A stretch of DNA of 64,000 nt. Source: Eledone cirrhosa. Its lineage: Eukaryota. Positions 24,957 through 38,589 of this stretch are shown here, piece by piece (position 1 is the first letter of the stretch; every line of letters begins with the position of its first letter). The notes under the pieces are model-generated. The model was not told where the DNA came from and searched no databases. It saw only the letters and a program-made list of their open reading frames with translations. The DNA lies in assembly GCA_964016885.1 (NCBI GenBank), contig OZ024741.1:284704001-284768000 (forward strand), given 5' to 3'. Both the position numbers and the translations under genes were made by a program.

Positions 24957-27900
24957 CTACAGGCTTATAAACAGAGAAGGCCCAATCACTCGGGCCATTT
25001 TCGCTTCATTCACCCACCTTTCAGTAAATTTACTGGGGTGCAGTGTCTCTCTCTTCACTCTGATTCTCCTTCTAAAGTGATACTTAAAGAAGGGAATCAA
25101 TTGTTGTCCAGAGAGAAAGGCATCTGTCCTCAGTCCTCTCAATCTCGTCCACCATATAACTTCTTTCACCATAACCACCGTACAGAGGAAAACCGCGTCT
25201 CTTTCGTTTTTGAAAGAAGCTGGCGGTTTGATCCTTACTATGGACTCGGCAGTCAACTGGATTTGTCCCATACGCAACAGCAGTTGTTCTGCATAGTTCC
25301 ACAGGTCGGTTACGCACGGGCAGTGTAAAATTGCGTGCAGGACTGTTTCAATGTCCTGCTCGCATCTTGGACACGTCCTCTTGGAAGGATCTCTGTCGGA
25401 GCGTCCGTGCCTGTAGATCTTGTCACAAACCGCTAGAGCTCCTCGGTACCACTGCCAGGCCAGGGACCTCTGGAAGTTGTCTATAGGTCCCGGGCAGAAA
25501 GTCCTACCAAACAGACTGATGCGCTCATCGTCTTCGACGCCCAGAGTCTCTCCAAGCACGTCGTCGCCCCTGTAACTTACAATCCCTCTATAGAATGTCG
25601 AAGTGGAGTCTCCACTACTTGCTGCGCCCGCTTGCCAGAGGACTGTGAGCGTCAGAGCGCATTCAATGTGCCAGGCGCCCATCGTTTTCGGTCTTTTCTT
25701 GACCCAGGACTTCAGCTCCGTGAGCGAGACGAGCTGTGGGAAAGCCTGTCTCACAAACGGTGCCCACACCGGCTGAGGGTCGGTGAGGAATAACTGGAGA
25801 TGCCGCAGTCTCAGCGCATGTTCGCGCATCATCAGCCACGGCATTCCCAGCCCTCCGTTGGAAGGGTGCTGACAGCAGACGTATCTCCTCACCAGTGGAG
25901 CCTGCTTCTTCCACAGAAACTGGAAGAGCATGCGTTCCATCTTGGCGAGGTGTTCACGGGGACAAGGCACGACAGTCAAGCGGTAGTAGATGACGGACGC
26001 TATGAAAGTGTTCGCCACCTCCGCTCGACCTTTCAAGGACACCTTGGCCGTGACCTCGTTCCAGTTTTTCTCCGCCTGGAGGTCTGGACCGAACCAGAGC
26101 CCGAGCAATTTCACCGGTCCGTCCGTCCAGCGTCCAACGACGCTATCGGACCATATCGGGATGCCTCTCCACGTACCGAGTTGCAAACCGACAGACTTGT
26201 CCGGGTTTAGTTTTGCTACCGTCAGCGTTTCGTATTCTTTTAGTAAGTTGCCGATAACCCCGAAATCCGAGGTGCTCGACACCATTACCGTCACGTCGTC
26301 GACATAAGCCGACACCGCTTTGGGCAGTCCCAGTTCTAGAGGGATGCCCTGCAACAGCTCCAATTTCCGCAGTAGTGGCTCTAGAGTCAATACATAGAGA
26401 ATGGAGGAGAGAGGGCACCCCTGTCGAATAGAACGCGTTTTTGCGAACGGCTCCGATAGGTAGCCGTTCACCTTGACCCTCGAGCAGATGCTGGTGTGCA
26501 TCGCCTCGATCCAGCCTCTGAAGACGGGACATAAACCGACCGCCTTGAGAACCGCTTCCAAGTATCGATGGTCGAGCCTATTGAATGCCTTAGACTGATC
26601 CAAATTTATAGAGCCCCACCGAATCCGGGTTTACTACCCAGCCTCTCTATGATGTATCGCATGAGGTGGAGTTTGTCGTGTATGGTCGGGATTGCACACG
26701 TTTGCGCTTTCCCTACCAGGTTCTCGACGACAAGCGCCAACCTCGTCGCTAGCACCTTGGCCAAAATCTTTAACTCTGTGTTGAGCATAGTTATAGGCCT
26801 GAAGTTATTAATTTCGTCCCTCTTGTTCTCGTCTTTCCTGATCAGCGTTATTACGCCCTTGCCTGAAGAACTGGGAATTCTCCCGTTCTGCTGACAATTA
26901 CAGTAGACGGCTTCGAGGACGCCAGAGAACAAGTCCGGCATGCCTATGAAAAATCATAGGGTAGACCATCTAGACCGGGTGACTTGCGTTTCCCGCAGCG
27001 GCCCAGAGCGTCCCGTATCTCAGTGTCCGTGATCGGTCTTTCGCAGAACTCGGCGTCCGTGTTCGAGAGACGCGGCAGGCCGTCGAGGTATGAACTAAAG
27101 TCCATTGCCCCGTTCGGCTCACCGTCGTTCTGCTCAAACAGTCGCGCAAAGTGCCGCTGAAAGGCCGTGCACATTTGCTTGGGGTCAAGTAGCACGCGTC
27201 CGTTTTGGTCTTCTTTCAAAGACCGAATCGTGGACTTGTTGCCACTTTTCGCCTTCGCCACTCGGGCCCAGCTGACAGCTTTCGCTCCTTCGTTTCCTAG
27301 AGCACGTGTTTTGCTTCTGACCATGCAGCCTTCGTGTTTCGCATCGAAGAACTGGTCCAGTGCCGTTCTCGACGCTAACACTCTACCTTGGCTACTAGTT
27401 CTCTTTCTATTTTGTTTTTCTCTAAGTCTAACTCTCTGCTAAACCCTATCGATTCTATTCTAATTACTTTCCTGAGAGAGTACCACCATTTATTGTTGAC
27501 GATGGCTCCCGTTAACTGTTGCTTGACTAGTCTACTTATCCGTTCACTCTAAGCTTTACGTGCCGGCAACGACGCGTTCAGCTACCAGTATCCGGATCCT
27601 TGTCTATGTGTTCTATCACGGTTGACTAAGCAGACGACTAATTTGTAATCTGAATAGGCAACCATGTGCATTATTGGACAGCTTAACATCTCCTTGTCCC
27701 TTTCTCTAATGAAGAACCTATCTAGATACGATCTAGATGCCCCGCTGCGGTTTGCCCACGTCCACTGTGGTGGAGTCGGGAAATCCAGTCGATACCTATC
27801 GGCCAGTTGGAATTGGCCAATTAAAGTTTTGAGGCTGTTGCACCCCCCTCTACTGGGACATGCTTCCACATAGTCCCATCGTGCATCTAGGATACCATTC

Positions 27901-28319
27901 CAGTCCCCCACTAAAAGTAAGGAGTGAGACGTTCCCAGAAAAGACTCTAGACGCTTAAAGCAGTCTGGCCGTGATTGCGATTGCCCGGTCGGGGCATAAA
28001 CGGCCACCAGTCTGAAGGCTCCACCTCCAATACTGTTCACGTCTAGGACTACCAGGTCCAAGTGTACTTGCTGTACTTCGACGTCCAGGTTCTTTCGAAA
28101 CATGACAGCCACTCCGCCTCCACCTCTTGGCTGACGGAGAGATGCGTAGATCTAAAGGTCGTCGAAGATGGGTGTTAGTTGCTGCCTGTTGTGGATCCTG
28201 GACTCGGTCATGGCTATCACATCCATACTGTGTGACCTAAGGTCGTTTAAAAGTTGGCCCTGTTTCCAGGGCATCCATAGGCCACGCACATTCACGCTTC
28301 CAACTCGTAAACTAGCCAT
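24957..28319 (-). pseudogene. Tx1-type ORF2 (APE endonuclease + RT), fragmented by stops and frameshifts
   Basis: Starts MASLRVGSVNVRG; ORF pieces 27582-28112, 26944-27381, 26606-26941 and 24957-26603. Confidence 0.9.
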
Positions 28320-28391
28320 GTTGGTGAAGAAGATTTGGAGAAAAAGGACGAAAGGTGCACTTACTTTTTCGTTTCCTGAAGATCGGGTTGT

Positions 28392-30220
28392 TCAATCTCC
28401 ATTTGGGTGCTGGATAGGGTTGGGTTGGGTGGGGAAACATTTTAACAGGACGCGGTTGATGGGTTTCTGGCAGGGGTTGCCCACGTCCTGTGAAAATTTA
28501 TTTTTCAGGTCATTATAAGTTTCCATAGAAACACTTATAAGTTTATGGTGTGGAGACGATTCTGCCTTGACGAAAGTTTTGCCCTTTGTCTCCACCTTGG
28601 GGTTTTGGGAGATGACCTCCATCAAACTCTTGTTGTTTGTGTTGATGTATGCGTATTGTTGTTTGTGTTTTTGTTGTGTTGTTTTAGTTTGTTGTTCGTC
28701 CGGGAGTTTTCTTTTTATGGTGGGTGCTTGTTGGTGTTGGTTTTGCTGGTAGGGGGATGTTTGACTGTGGTGTTGTTTGTGTTGTTGTTTGTGTCTGTGG
28801 TTGTGTGTTAGTGTTGGTGATTGGAGTTTTGGGGGTTTTGTGGTGTCTCTTTTTTTGTTTTTTAAATTTCCGCGGCTCTCCCTCTTCTTCAGTTAAAGAA
28901 GGAGAAGCAGCTTCATCCGTCGATGAATAATCATCGTCAGAAGTGTGGGGTAGGGGTATGTTGTGTGGTGGTGGTGTTTCGGTGTGTGTGTTTGTGGTAG
29001 TGTTTGATGGAGTGGGATGGGGTGGGGCTGTGTTCTTCAGGGATGTTGTCTCTGTTTTTTTCTGTTGTTGTTGGTTGAGTGGCTGTTTGTTTTGGTGTGG
29101 TTGCTCGTTTCGTCTGTCGTTGTACTTGTGGTGGTGGTGGTTGTTTTGGTGTTGATGTTGGTAATAGTGTTTTTTTAATGATATTGTTGTGGTGTGCTTG
29201 TGAAGGACAGGAGGCTTTGAGGTGTGCTGTGCTACCACAGCGAAAGCAATGAATTTTTTGTCCATCTACCGAAATGTTTATTTTGTTGTTGTCGTCGATG
29301 ACAATAACTCTTTCGGGTATTTTGGAGATTCTCTCCGGCCTCATTTGCAACAGAATCTCCAAATCAGTACCCGCCAACCTTTGTCGAATAGACTTTCGTA
29401 TCGAAAAAATCATATCAGTTTCTGGCTCTACGAAGCCAACCAAGATCCACCAGATGTTAATGTTTGGGGTTATATTTTTTATTTTTATTTTTTGTGTCCT
29501 TTTTCCCATGTATGTAGGGGAAAAGGTGAATGCTTTTGACACTATTGGTGTCACAATGTTTTTGGGCGAGTGCCTCGCTTTTAAATAGTACTGAAACACT
29601 TCCGTACTGTTTTCCTCGTTGGAGAAATTCGATATTTGCTAGAATTTCCTTCAAGGTATCTTCTATATCTCCTTGACTAACAAATATTGGCTTTCTCGTG
29701 GTATTAGATGCAGTCCTAAAGGTCACTGTCCTTCGAACTGTGTCTTCTTTTATTTCAAGGGGTGAGTTAATTCTAAACCCACCCTTCTCTTCGAAAGTTA
29801 CAAATGTTCTCCCTTGCTGGAGCATATCTCTTGCATTGGAGATGTCAAGATTTATAAAATCTTGTTTTTGTTCACTGTTTCAGCGAAAGACATTTTTTTT
29901 GTGTGGTGTTGCTGTTGCTGTTGTTGTTGTTGTTGTTATCGTTGTTAGCCTCGGTGTTGGAAATCTCAGTTCCTTGACGAGGTGAAACTTTATGTCTAGA
30001 TGTATTTGTGGGGTTGTTGATGTTGTTTTTTTTTCATATGTATGCATTCTTCGACGGTAGAAATTGTACAATCTTCAAGTGGCAATATTTTTTTCCCTTT
30101 GTTGACAGTCGTATCTATGGCGACATCCATAGTAGCAGAAGCAGATATAACGTTAAAATCTGCCTCTTTCTCTCTCTTTTCTCTGTCGACGTTCTCTAGC
30201 GTTCCTTTCGTGTTATTCAT
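28392..30220 (-). pseudogene. Tx1-type ORF1 (gag-like, CCHC knuckle, T/Q/P-rich linker), fragmented
   Basis: CX2CX4HX4C in ORF 28937-29599; lies directly upstream of ORF2. Confidence 0.75.
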
Positions 30221-30894
30221 GTTTTATAGTTGGCAAAATTTGATATTTTAAAACAATTTTTAAATTAAATTTTCACCCCTAAAGGGGCGAAAAATGGGAT
30301 TACCACCCAGCTGACAATTCAGCTTGGGGGTTAATCTACAAAATAATATGTTTTTTCAAACAATTTGTTCTGTTTTTCGTATACAAATTTACAAAAAATC
30401 TTACCGGCGATGTTCCACGAGTCAGGCAGAGAGATAGATAGATAGATAATAGATAGATAAATGACATTCCTTTTACTCCAGATCAATCATTGGTGATGAA
30501 AATCGGAAGGAAAGCTTTTATGGCATTTTTGTTTTCCTAATGATATAGTTTAAGCCCACTCATTAAATGATTAACTACAATCTTATAGCACTCATAAATA
30601 TATGACGACTTCTCACTCACACAACCTATTTGGTTTTAACTTGAAATATAGAGTCATTATTAATTACCAGATAGTAATTATGTGGATCTTTCAGCATCTC
30701 TCCTTCTCTTTTTATTTAATTGCCACTATTATCGATGATTATCTCCCCTTTTGACTCCTGTCGAACAAGTATCACTCTGTGATCTCTTCTTCTATTATTT
30801 TTCATTATGTTTCCTCTCCAGGATTATTTATTATTTTCTCTATTAATCTATTTTTCTCTCATCCCCCTTTATTTGCAGAATCACAATAAAACCT

Positions 30895-31040
30895 GGCATG
30901 ATTAAGTGGTTAAAACGTTCACTTAGTAATCATGAGGTTTGTGAATAATTGTTGGACAAAGCTCTTTACCAAATTATAATCTCGGCCCAATTATTGTTAG
31001 GGAACTTGGGTAGACGGAAACTGTATGAAGACGGCTGGAT
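30895..31040 (+). mobile_element. SINE (family C), decayed
   Basis: tggcatgattaagtggttaa head and ttgggtagacggaaactgt.tgaag; related to ~46490-46600 (+) and ~47335-47480 (-). Confidence 0.6.
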
Positions 31041-31431
31041 CGTATTATAATGGCACAAAGGGGACGCTTGCCTGCGGAATACTCAGCCACATACACACAC
31101 ACGTCTACGTGCCTGCATATGAGTGTATGAATGTGATGGGTCGTGTGTATGTGTGGGCGTGTGGGCGTATATATATGTGTCTGTACGGGTGAAAGATAGA
31201 AAGAAAGAGAGAGAGAGAGAACGAGACAGAGAAGGAAAATGGAAGAGACACACACATACACACACACTCACACACACACGCGCACGCGCGGGCGCACATA
31301 CACACACACACACACATATATATATGGGCCTTCTAATTTCATTTTACATTATATACATGTCTGTATATTTTAATTATTTTAAAATTATTTTTAAGTGAAG
31401 ATGATTTAAAAAAAAAAAATTTAAAGTGAAA

Positions 31432-31460
31432 GTGACCCAACGGGTCACGGGTGGTCTAGT
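31432..31460 (+). mobile_element. Helitron-like 3' terminus
   Basis: Hairpin gtgaccc-aac-gggtcac followed 7 nt later by CTAG|T. Confidence 0.55.
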
Positions 31461-31470
31461 ATACACACAT

Positions 31471-31525
<55 letters not shown>

Positions 31526-31527
<2 letters not shown>

Positions 31528-33483
31528 AAGTATCCATAACGTTCGTGTGCAACTTAAAATACTTGTAGCTGTTTAACTCTACTTGATAGAAACATTCTGT
31601 AAAAAGGATGAAAAAGCCTGATATATTTATTTGTTTTAGTCTTTGGAAACTTTATTATTGGCAGTATCGGTAGAGGGTCAGATGCCATGCTTTGACGCAA
31701 AGAGTTACGGCCCTTTCCATTCTGAATTCAAATCCCGCCGAGGTTAACTTTGCCTTTTATCCTTACGGGGCCGATAAAATAAAGTACCAGTAATACACTG
31801 GTAAATTGCTGGCCTTGTGCCAAAAGTAGAAACAATTATTTTTTACTTATTATTTTATTTGTTGAAACTTAAAAATGACTTATTCATTAGAACTACTGCT
31901 GACCCATGGTTTCATTAGAAACTAAGTTATTTGGCTGGTTGAGCTAAAATCTACTGTCGCTGTCCAAACGCCACACAAGAATTCCATATCCAAGTGGATG
32001 AAGAAATTTAAAGAAACAGGTTCTGTCAATGATAAGCCATGGTATGGTACACCATGTGTTAGTGAAGAAACTGTAGCATGTGTAGAACAAGCCTTTGTGG
32101 AAAGTCAAAACAAACATTAAGAAGTGCATCTTTAGATATGAGGCTTTTAAAATCTACTGTGCATCAGATTCTGCGGATAATCTTCACATGAAAGCTTACG
32201 CAATCTAAATACAACAAATGTTGTTAGAAGAGGATTATCATGCATGACTAACTGTCATCAGCTCAATGAAAATATTAAAATCGAATATTCATCTTTGAAT
32301 AATTTAATAGTCTCCGATGAAGCAACATTCCACAAGCATAATTGCCGTATTTGGGGAACTGAAAAGCCACGTGAATCTGTTGAGCATGAAAGAGATTTTC
32401 CTTTAGTTAATGTTTGATGTGCTTTGGGAAAAATCAAATCATGGCTATTCTTTTTTGAAGGACGTTTGTTAATAACGACTAGAAGAAAATCCACCCGAAG
32501 GGTGGTTTTCTGCTAGCATGTGTAGTGTGCATATTGATATTATACGCAAGTATATATGCATGTTGATATGATATATCAAATAAAATCGTAATTGACAATA
32601 TACACAGAAATCGAACGAAACTGCGTTACACTGTCTTCTGTAATCAGTAACGTAATCCATGATACATTAAAAAAAGATGATATTATATATAAACTGCATT
32701 AGAAGAAAATTAGTGACGGAAATATATGAATGTTTATTTAAGCGATCGCTAACCGGAAGTGTTGACATTTGAAAATTTTAAAGAAGTGAATCTTAAAAAA
32801 TAAGCAACAAAATGATTTATATTTAATCAAGAATAACGAAATTTAGTAGATGAATTATGTAATATTCATTAATTATTTATTCAAAGTAATCCAACTTATT
32901 TTACAAACGGGATAAAAAAATATATTCTGGACGCAGTCCTGCACTCCTTACTTTATTATAGTTTAAATAGCTATTTAGAAATGCTGAAAAATTACTTTAT
33001 TCCTAAGCTTGGCCAGTTAGAATTGATAAAGAATATAGTGTTCCAACAAGGTGGGGCAACTGGACACGTTGCGTTACAAGTTAGGCACTTTCTAAATGAA
33101 AATTTTACTAACAGATGGATTGGAAGAGGTGGACACTATCTTGGCCTCCACGATCGTCAGATTTGTCACCATTGGATTTCTTTTTGTAGGGACATGTGAA
33201 AAGCAATGTTTATTCAGCCACACCTCGATCTTTAGAGGACTTGAAAGGTAGGATATGTGATATAATTGAAGGTATTACTGAGAATCAGCTGGAAAAATAT
33301 TTTCCGAGAAGTACAGAGTAGTATTACTCTTTGTATTAGTAATGATGGTGAACATGTTGAAAATTAACAATTCCATAAAAAAATTAAATATGCCTTCTTA
33401 TCCTATTTACTCATTGTTTCTATCAAGTATAGTTACAAAGCTACAAGTATTTTGAACTGCATGCAGACTTTATGGACACCCTA
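31526..33483 (+). mobile_element. Decayed Tc1/mariner-superfamily transposon with nested insertions
   Basis: ~65-bp imperfect TIRs in TA context; transposase remnants VSDEATFH, VFQQGGATGH..NRWIGRGG, WPPRSSDLSPLDFFL; nested SINE at ~31660-31835. Confidence 0.85.
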
Positions 33484-33560
33484 TATATAATGTTATTGAC
33501 CAACATATGAACTTCTGACTTTATCATACAGCATGTATTCATTTTCTACTAACATTACAA

Positions 33561-33647
33561 GGGGTCCGAGGAGACGCGGATTACAGAGTCGGGTAAGATC
33601 GATATAGATCGAACCTTGAACTGATCAGTGGCGAAACGCGCGTCACC
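33561..33647 (+). ncRNA. Hammerhead-like motif with extended helix II
   Basis: ggt-CCGAGGA-(~60-nt irregular hairpin)-GAAAC-GCGC-GTC-acc; lies in a ~310-bp segment ending at (TA)n. Confidence 0.6.
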
Positions 33648-33799
33648 AACCAATAAATGTAATGAAGGAGTAACCAATCGTCCTTGTTATCTTTTCACTA
33701 TAATATACTCTGTCTAGCTCTACACCTCTACACTGAAGTGAACCTAAACATCGAGTGCTCACCCGGGTGAACCTACAGTAACTCCAATCTACACTCCCT

Positions 33800-33829
<30 letters not shown>

Positions 33830-33830
<1 letters not shown>

Positions 33831-34718
33831 CTAGCCCTGATAAATGCTCAAGCTCAAAAGAGCCACAGAATGTTATAATAAACCTTCAAAAGTGTGGGAC
33901 TAGAGTTGTTACACAAAAATATTGTAATCATTATCTATCGTACAATTTGTGGCATCCTTTATAAAAATATCACAATAAATACATCTATGTTTAATGTAAT
34001 AACAGCTATAAATAATTACATAATATTATTATCACATACTCATAGTAACAAAATAATTGTGTTGAAAATTAATATGATGCTTATATGAACGATCAAATCT
34101 ATAATGATAAATATACTAATATTAAATTAATTTAGTTATATATTGTTACATTTTTATCGAACTATAACATTAACAATCGTATTGTATCATCAATTTTTTA
34201 TCACTGCAAACTTTCATATTGGAATTACCTTAAGCCATTTATCATTACTTCGCTTTCGTACTTTTACAAATGTAGATATTCTGCTGTATCTTATATCTAA
34301 TATCATGATCTCATGGTAATTTGCATGCAGTGAAATAGTGTAAAAAGAAAGGCATGGTTGGTTTAAGCTAATGTCCAATATCTCATATTAGATGTTTAGT
34401 AATGATTAATAGGAAATGCACTTAAACCGAATTCTATATTATAAATTCACTTAATTAATTATCGTGTCGTCTTGAGTTCCTTATGAGTCTCTTTTATAAA
34501 AGGATTCCACAGATTTTATAAAAAAGAGACTAATTATTTATAGATGTTATTACATTAAACATAGATGTATTTATTGTGATATTTTTATAAAGGATGCCAC
34601 AGATGTACGATAGATAATGAGTACAATATTTTTGAGTAACAACTCTAGTCCCACACTTTTGAAGGTTTATTATAACATTCTGTGGCTCTTTTGAGCTTGC
34701 GCATTTTTCATGTCTAGT
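33830..34718. repeat. Inverted repeat with ~190-bp arms (33830-34018 / 34531-34718)
   Basis: Reverse-complementary arms; the left arm starts at (TA)n. Confidence 0.9.
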
Positions 34719-34843
34719 TTAATATTTTTTTAAGGCAACGCTTGTAATAACTCTAGTTAAACATGATATATATTAATAATAAATTATCGTTGTAATGATG
34801 GACGGTCGCTTTAAAAATTCTCTTAGTGTTGTCTGAAATATAT

Positions 34844-34925
34844 ACACACGCTGAAGAACATGGGTTATTTCATTTCTGTCAACAACTTACTGGCAAAACA
34901 GAAAACTTTGGATTTGTACGTGTGT
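34844..34925 (+). ncRNA. Degenerate hammerhead motif
   Basis: acacacg-CTGAAGA...GTA-cgtgtgt with a 7-bp helix I; helices II and III degenerate. Confidence 0.45.
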
Positions 34926-35149
34926 TATATAGTTATAGAGGTATTTATTTACGCTTTAATTTATATTTTTAATTATCGTATCTATACTCTGCCTTTCAGC
35001 CTTTCATAGGTTATAGATTCCATACACTGGTGGTTTTTCCCTGTTTTATTGATAGTGCATTGTATCTCTCTCTAGTGTGTTACCTTTCAACATATTGTAT
35101 TTTATATATATATATATTTAATATACATATACATATATAGATACACACA

Positions 35150-35281
<132 letters not shown>

Positions 35282-36349
35282 TAAAATCCCGACAGCGTTG
35301 TTGGACTTCTGTCGTTTTCGCTTATGAGTGCTCCAGTTGATTCAGTCAACGAAACACCCTGTTTACGTAATCAAAATGCACGTGGTACAGTATTTCACAC
35401 AGTCGTGCACCCTTAATGTAGTTCTCAGTGAGATTTACCATGATACAGTGGCTGACAAAGCTTGCCCCGTGGATTACAGATACGTTTCATTTTTATCAAA
35501 TGAGTGGACTGGAGCAACATGAAATAAAGTGTCTTGTTCAAGGATGCAACAAGCTATCCGGTCCGGGAATCAAACTCAAGACGATATAATCGTGTGCCAG
35601 CATCCTAACCATGCCACACGCTTTCGCACACACACACACACACTTTGGTGAAATTTCGACTCTTTAGTGTAGTGGTTAACGTAAACGCCCAACAGTCGAG
35701 AGATACGGAGTTTGGTTGCGCGATGGCACCTCTGTCTTCTCGTCACCAGGCTACTATTATTGTTATAGGCATTGGCGTTGGGACACGAGCAAACTGTTCG
35801 GTTGTTCGGTTTGATGAACTAGAACATTCGTCGTCGGAAGTGAAGGAGCTCGAGCAACAACAAAATATGTGTAATTTTCTATATTCTTCAGTCATTAACC
35901 AACCTATCAAATCTATCTACCTGCTACTCTATCAACATGACATCATTTCCCATATGAATATCTACTAATAGGCTAAGATTAAAAAAAGGTATAATTGGTT
36001 GTTACCCAAATTTCATAAAAGTACAATTTTAATACGTTCATCCATAAATATGTAAAAATCTCCCCACAGGATAAAGAATTCAAAATAATTTGTTCCTTCA
36101 GCAAAACATAGGAATCGAGGATGAGTGACATATTATTGACTTTATTTCCCTACGCTGAATGTCGAAGAGAAATGGTTCGGTTGCTGAAGAAAGATATTTG
36201 TGATGACGACTTGGAATACCCAACCAATTAAAATGATTTGCGATGGAATTAGCTTCTATTTCTAGCAAGTCAAACGATAACCTAGAGAGGCTCCCATCGC
36301 ATTTGGTTTTTGTTAAAATAGTATACGTGGTTATAGAAGATATAATTGT

Positions 36350-37255
36350 TAAACTGTAATAGTTTGTATGTGAAACTATGGCTGTTATAAAAGTTTGTAT
36401 GTGTGACTATGGCTGTTATAATAGTTTGAATGTGGGGCTATAGCTGTTATAATAGTTTGTATGTGAGACTATGGCTGTTATAATAGTTTGTGTGTGACTA
36501 TAGCTGTTATAATAGTTTGTGTGTGACTATAACAGTTATAATAGTTTGAATGTGAGACTATGGCTGTTATAATAGTTTGAATGTGTGACTATAGCTGTTA
36601 TAATAGTTTGAATGTGGGGCTATAACAGTTATAATAGTTTGAATGTGTGACTATATCTGTTATAATAGTTTGAATGTGGGGCTATAACAGTTATAATAGT
36701 TTGAATGTGTGACTATAGCTGTTATAATAGTTTGAATGTGTGACTATAGCAGTTATAATAGTTTGAATGCGGGGCTATAACAGTTATAATAGTTTGAATG
36801 TGGGGCTATAGCAGTTATAATAGTTTGAATGTGTGACTATAGCTGTTATAATAGTTTGAATGTGTGACTATAGCTGTTATAATAGTTTGAATGTGGGGCT
36901 AAACCAGTTATAATAATTTGAATGTGTGACTATAGCAGTTATAATAGTTTGTATGTGTGACTATATCTGTTATAATAGTTTGCATGTGGGCTATAGCAGT
37001 TATAATAGTTTGAATGTGTGACTATAGCTGTTATAATAGTTTGAATGTGTGACTATAGCTGTTATAATAGTTTGAATGTGGGGCTATAGCAGTTATAATA
37101 GTTTGAATGTGTGACTATGGCTGTTATAATAGTTTGAATGTGTGACTATATCTGTTATAATAGTTTGAATGTGGGGCTATAGCAGTTATAATAGTTTGTA
37201 TATGAGACTATAGCAGTTATAATAGTTTGTATATGAGACTATAGCAGTTATAATT
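36350..37255. repeat. 31-bp minisatellite, ~29 copies
   Basis: Unit gttataatagtttgaatgtgtgactatagct with variants (gggg/tgac; ct/ca). Confidence 0.95.
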
Positions 37256-37308
37256 AGAAAGTGTGACTGTAGTATTGATAATAGGTAGTATGTATTAGTA
37301 TTGATCGT

Positions 37309-37497
37309 TCAGTCACTCATCAGAAAGAGGTGATCTCTCTTTGGTGTCTTATCTATAATGGCCTGTATGTTGTCATATAACTCATTGATTTCTTCATCTG
37401 GGTGTGTAGATGTGGGAAAGTAACACTGGATAAGTACGAATTTACAAAACTTACTTTTCAAGCTCAGAACAGCTAGTCTGTCTGATATTTTCCCCAC
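37309..37497 (-). mobile_element. RTE-type APE endonuclease fragment
   Basis: ISDRLAVL..LIQCYFPTSTHPDEEINELYDNIQ..LMSD. Confidence 0.75.
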
Positions 37498-37604
37498 GTT
37501 TTTCTCGGAATTTCAGCTTTCTACCACACACAATGAATGATGTGGTTTTCCAGCATGGCCTTGGCCGTAACGGGGTGGCTAGGAATAATTCTAACCAACA
37601 AAAA

Positions 37605-37648
<44 letters not shown>

Positions 37649-38318
37649 GTAACTCTTGTTGGAGTCGTAAGAGTACCGAAGTGACATACAGCATGTCTTA
37701 GGCATTTCTTAAACTTAACGGATCCCCCACCTCTCCCGATCTGACTAAACACAGCCAAATTCTTCCAGAGAAAGAAAGAAAGAGGAAATGAGAAAGAGAG
37801 ATGGAGGAAGAAGTGTCCCAAGTATTGGACTAGAATATTATTTTACTGACCTCGAAAGGATTTGAATTCTGAGGACGCTGAGAGCCGAAACAAATAACGC
37901 AAAGCATTTTATCCAACGAATTTCAAACTGTCAAATATATTTTAAAGACTGTAAATCACATGTTCTCTCTCAATCACGCTTGTCTTCATTCATGACCGAA
38001 CAGACTCGAGATGTTTTCCAATTTTCTGTTTCAGAAATTTAGCAAAACCAATATAACACACATTGAATGGGTGGTTCTCCAGCATGGCCGTAATGTTAGT
38101 AGAAAGCAAAAACAAATGTAATCTAATCAATGAAACAACAACAGGCTGTCAAACATTGAAATATTTCACGGTGATTCGTTGTTTTTCATCTTGTTCCCCT
38201 ATTAATAGCTACAGAACTTTTTGATATACACGATTTATGGATGATCACTTCAAAGCCCCTTCCTAGACAATATGTGATAACTATACATACATCATACATA
38301 CATTATTACCTACATATA

Positions 38319-38352
<34 letters not shown>

Positions 38353-38589
38353 CATACATACATACATACATACATACATAGACACCCACACACACATACA
38401 TACATACATACATACATACATAGACACCCACACACACATACTGAGAAGCTGAAAAATGCAGACTGATATATATATATAAATATATAGCTCTCACCGCATG
38501 ATCTTGTTGAAATCATCTCTTCGAGACAGCATGGAGTTCTAAAAACGTTATTGGCCCCACCATAAACAGGTGATTAAATATATACATAT

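Larger units (their letters stand above)
24730..30430 (-). mobile_element. Tx1/L1-clade LINE copy B (near full length, inactivated)
   Basis: ORF1 remnants ~30220-28390 with zinc knuckle CFRCGSTAHLKASC; ORF2 28319-24957 with APE (VYAP, GDWN, YLDRFF), RT and C-terminal Cys motif; (TATC)n-type repeats at both ends. Confidence 0.93.

Noticed and set aside
30400-30430. Minus-strand splice donor (ccg|gtaaga) next to (TATC)n
   Set aside because: No acceptor or frame support; falls at the presumed 5' end of the Tx1 element.
36350-37255. CRISPR-like 31-bp periodicity
   Set aside because: Units are contiguous with no unique spacers, there are no cas genes, and the context is eukaryotic.
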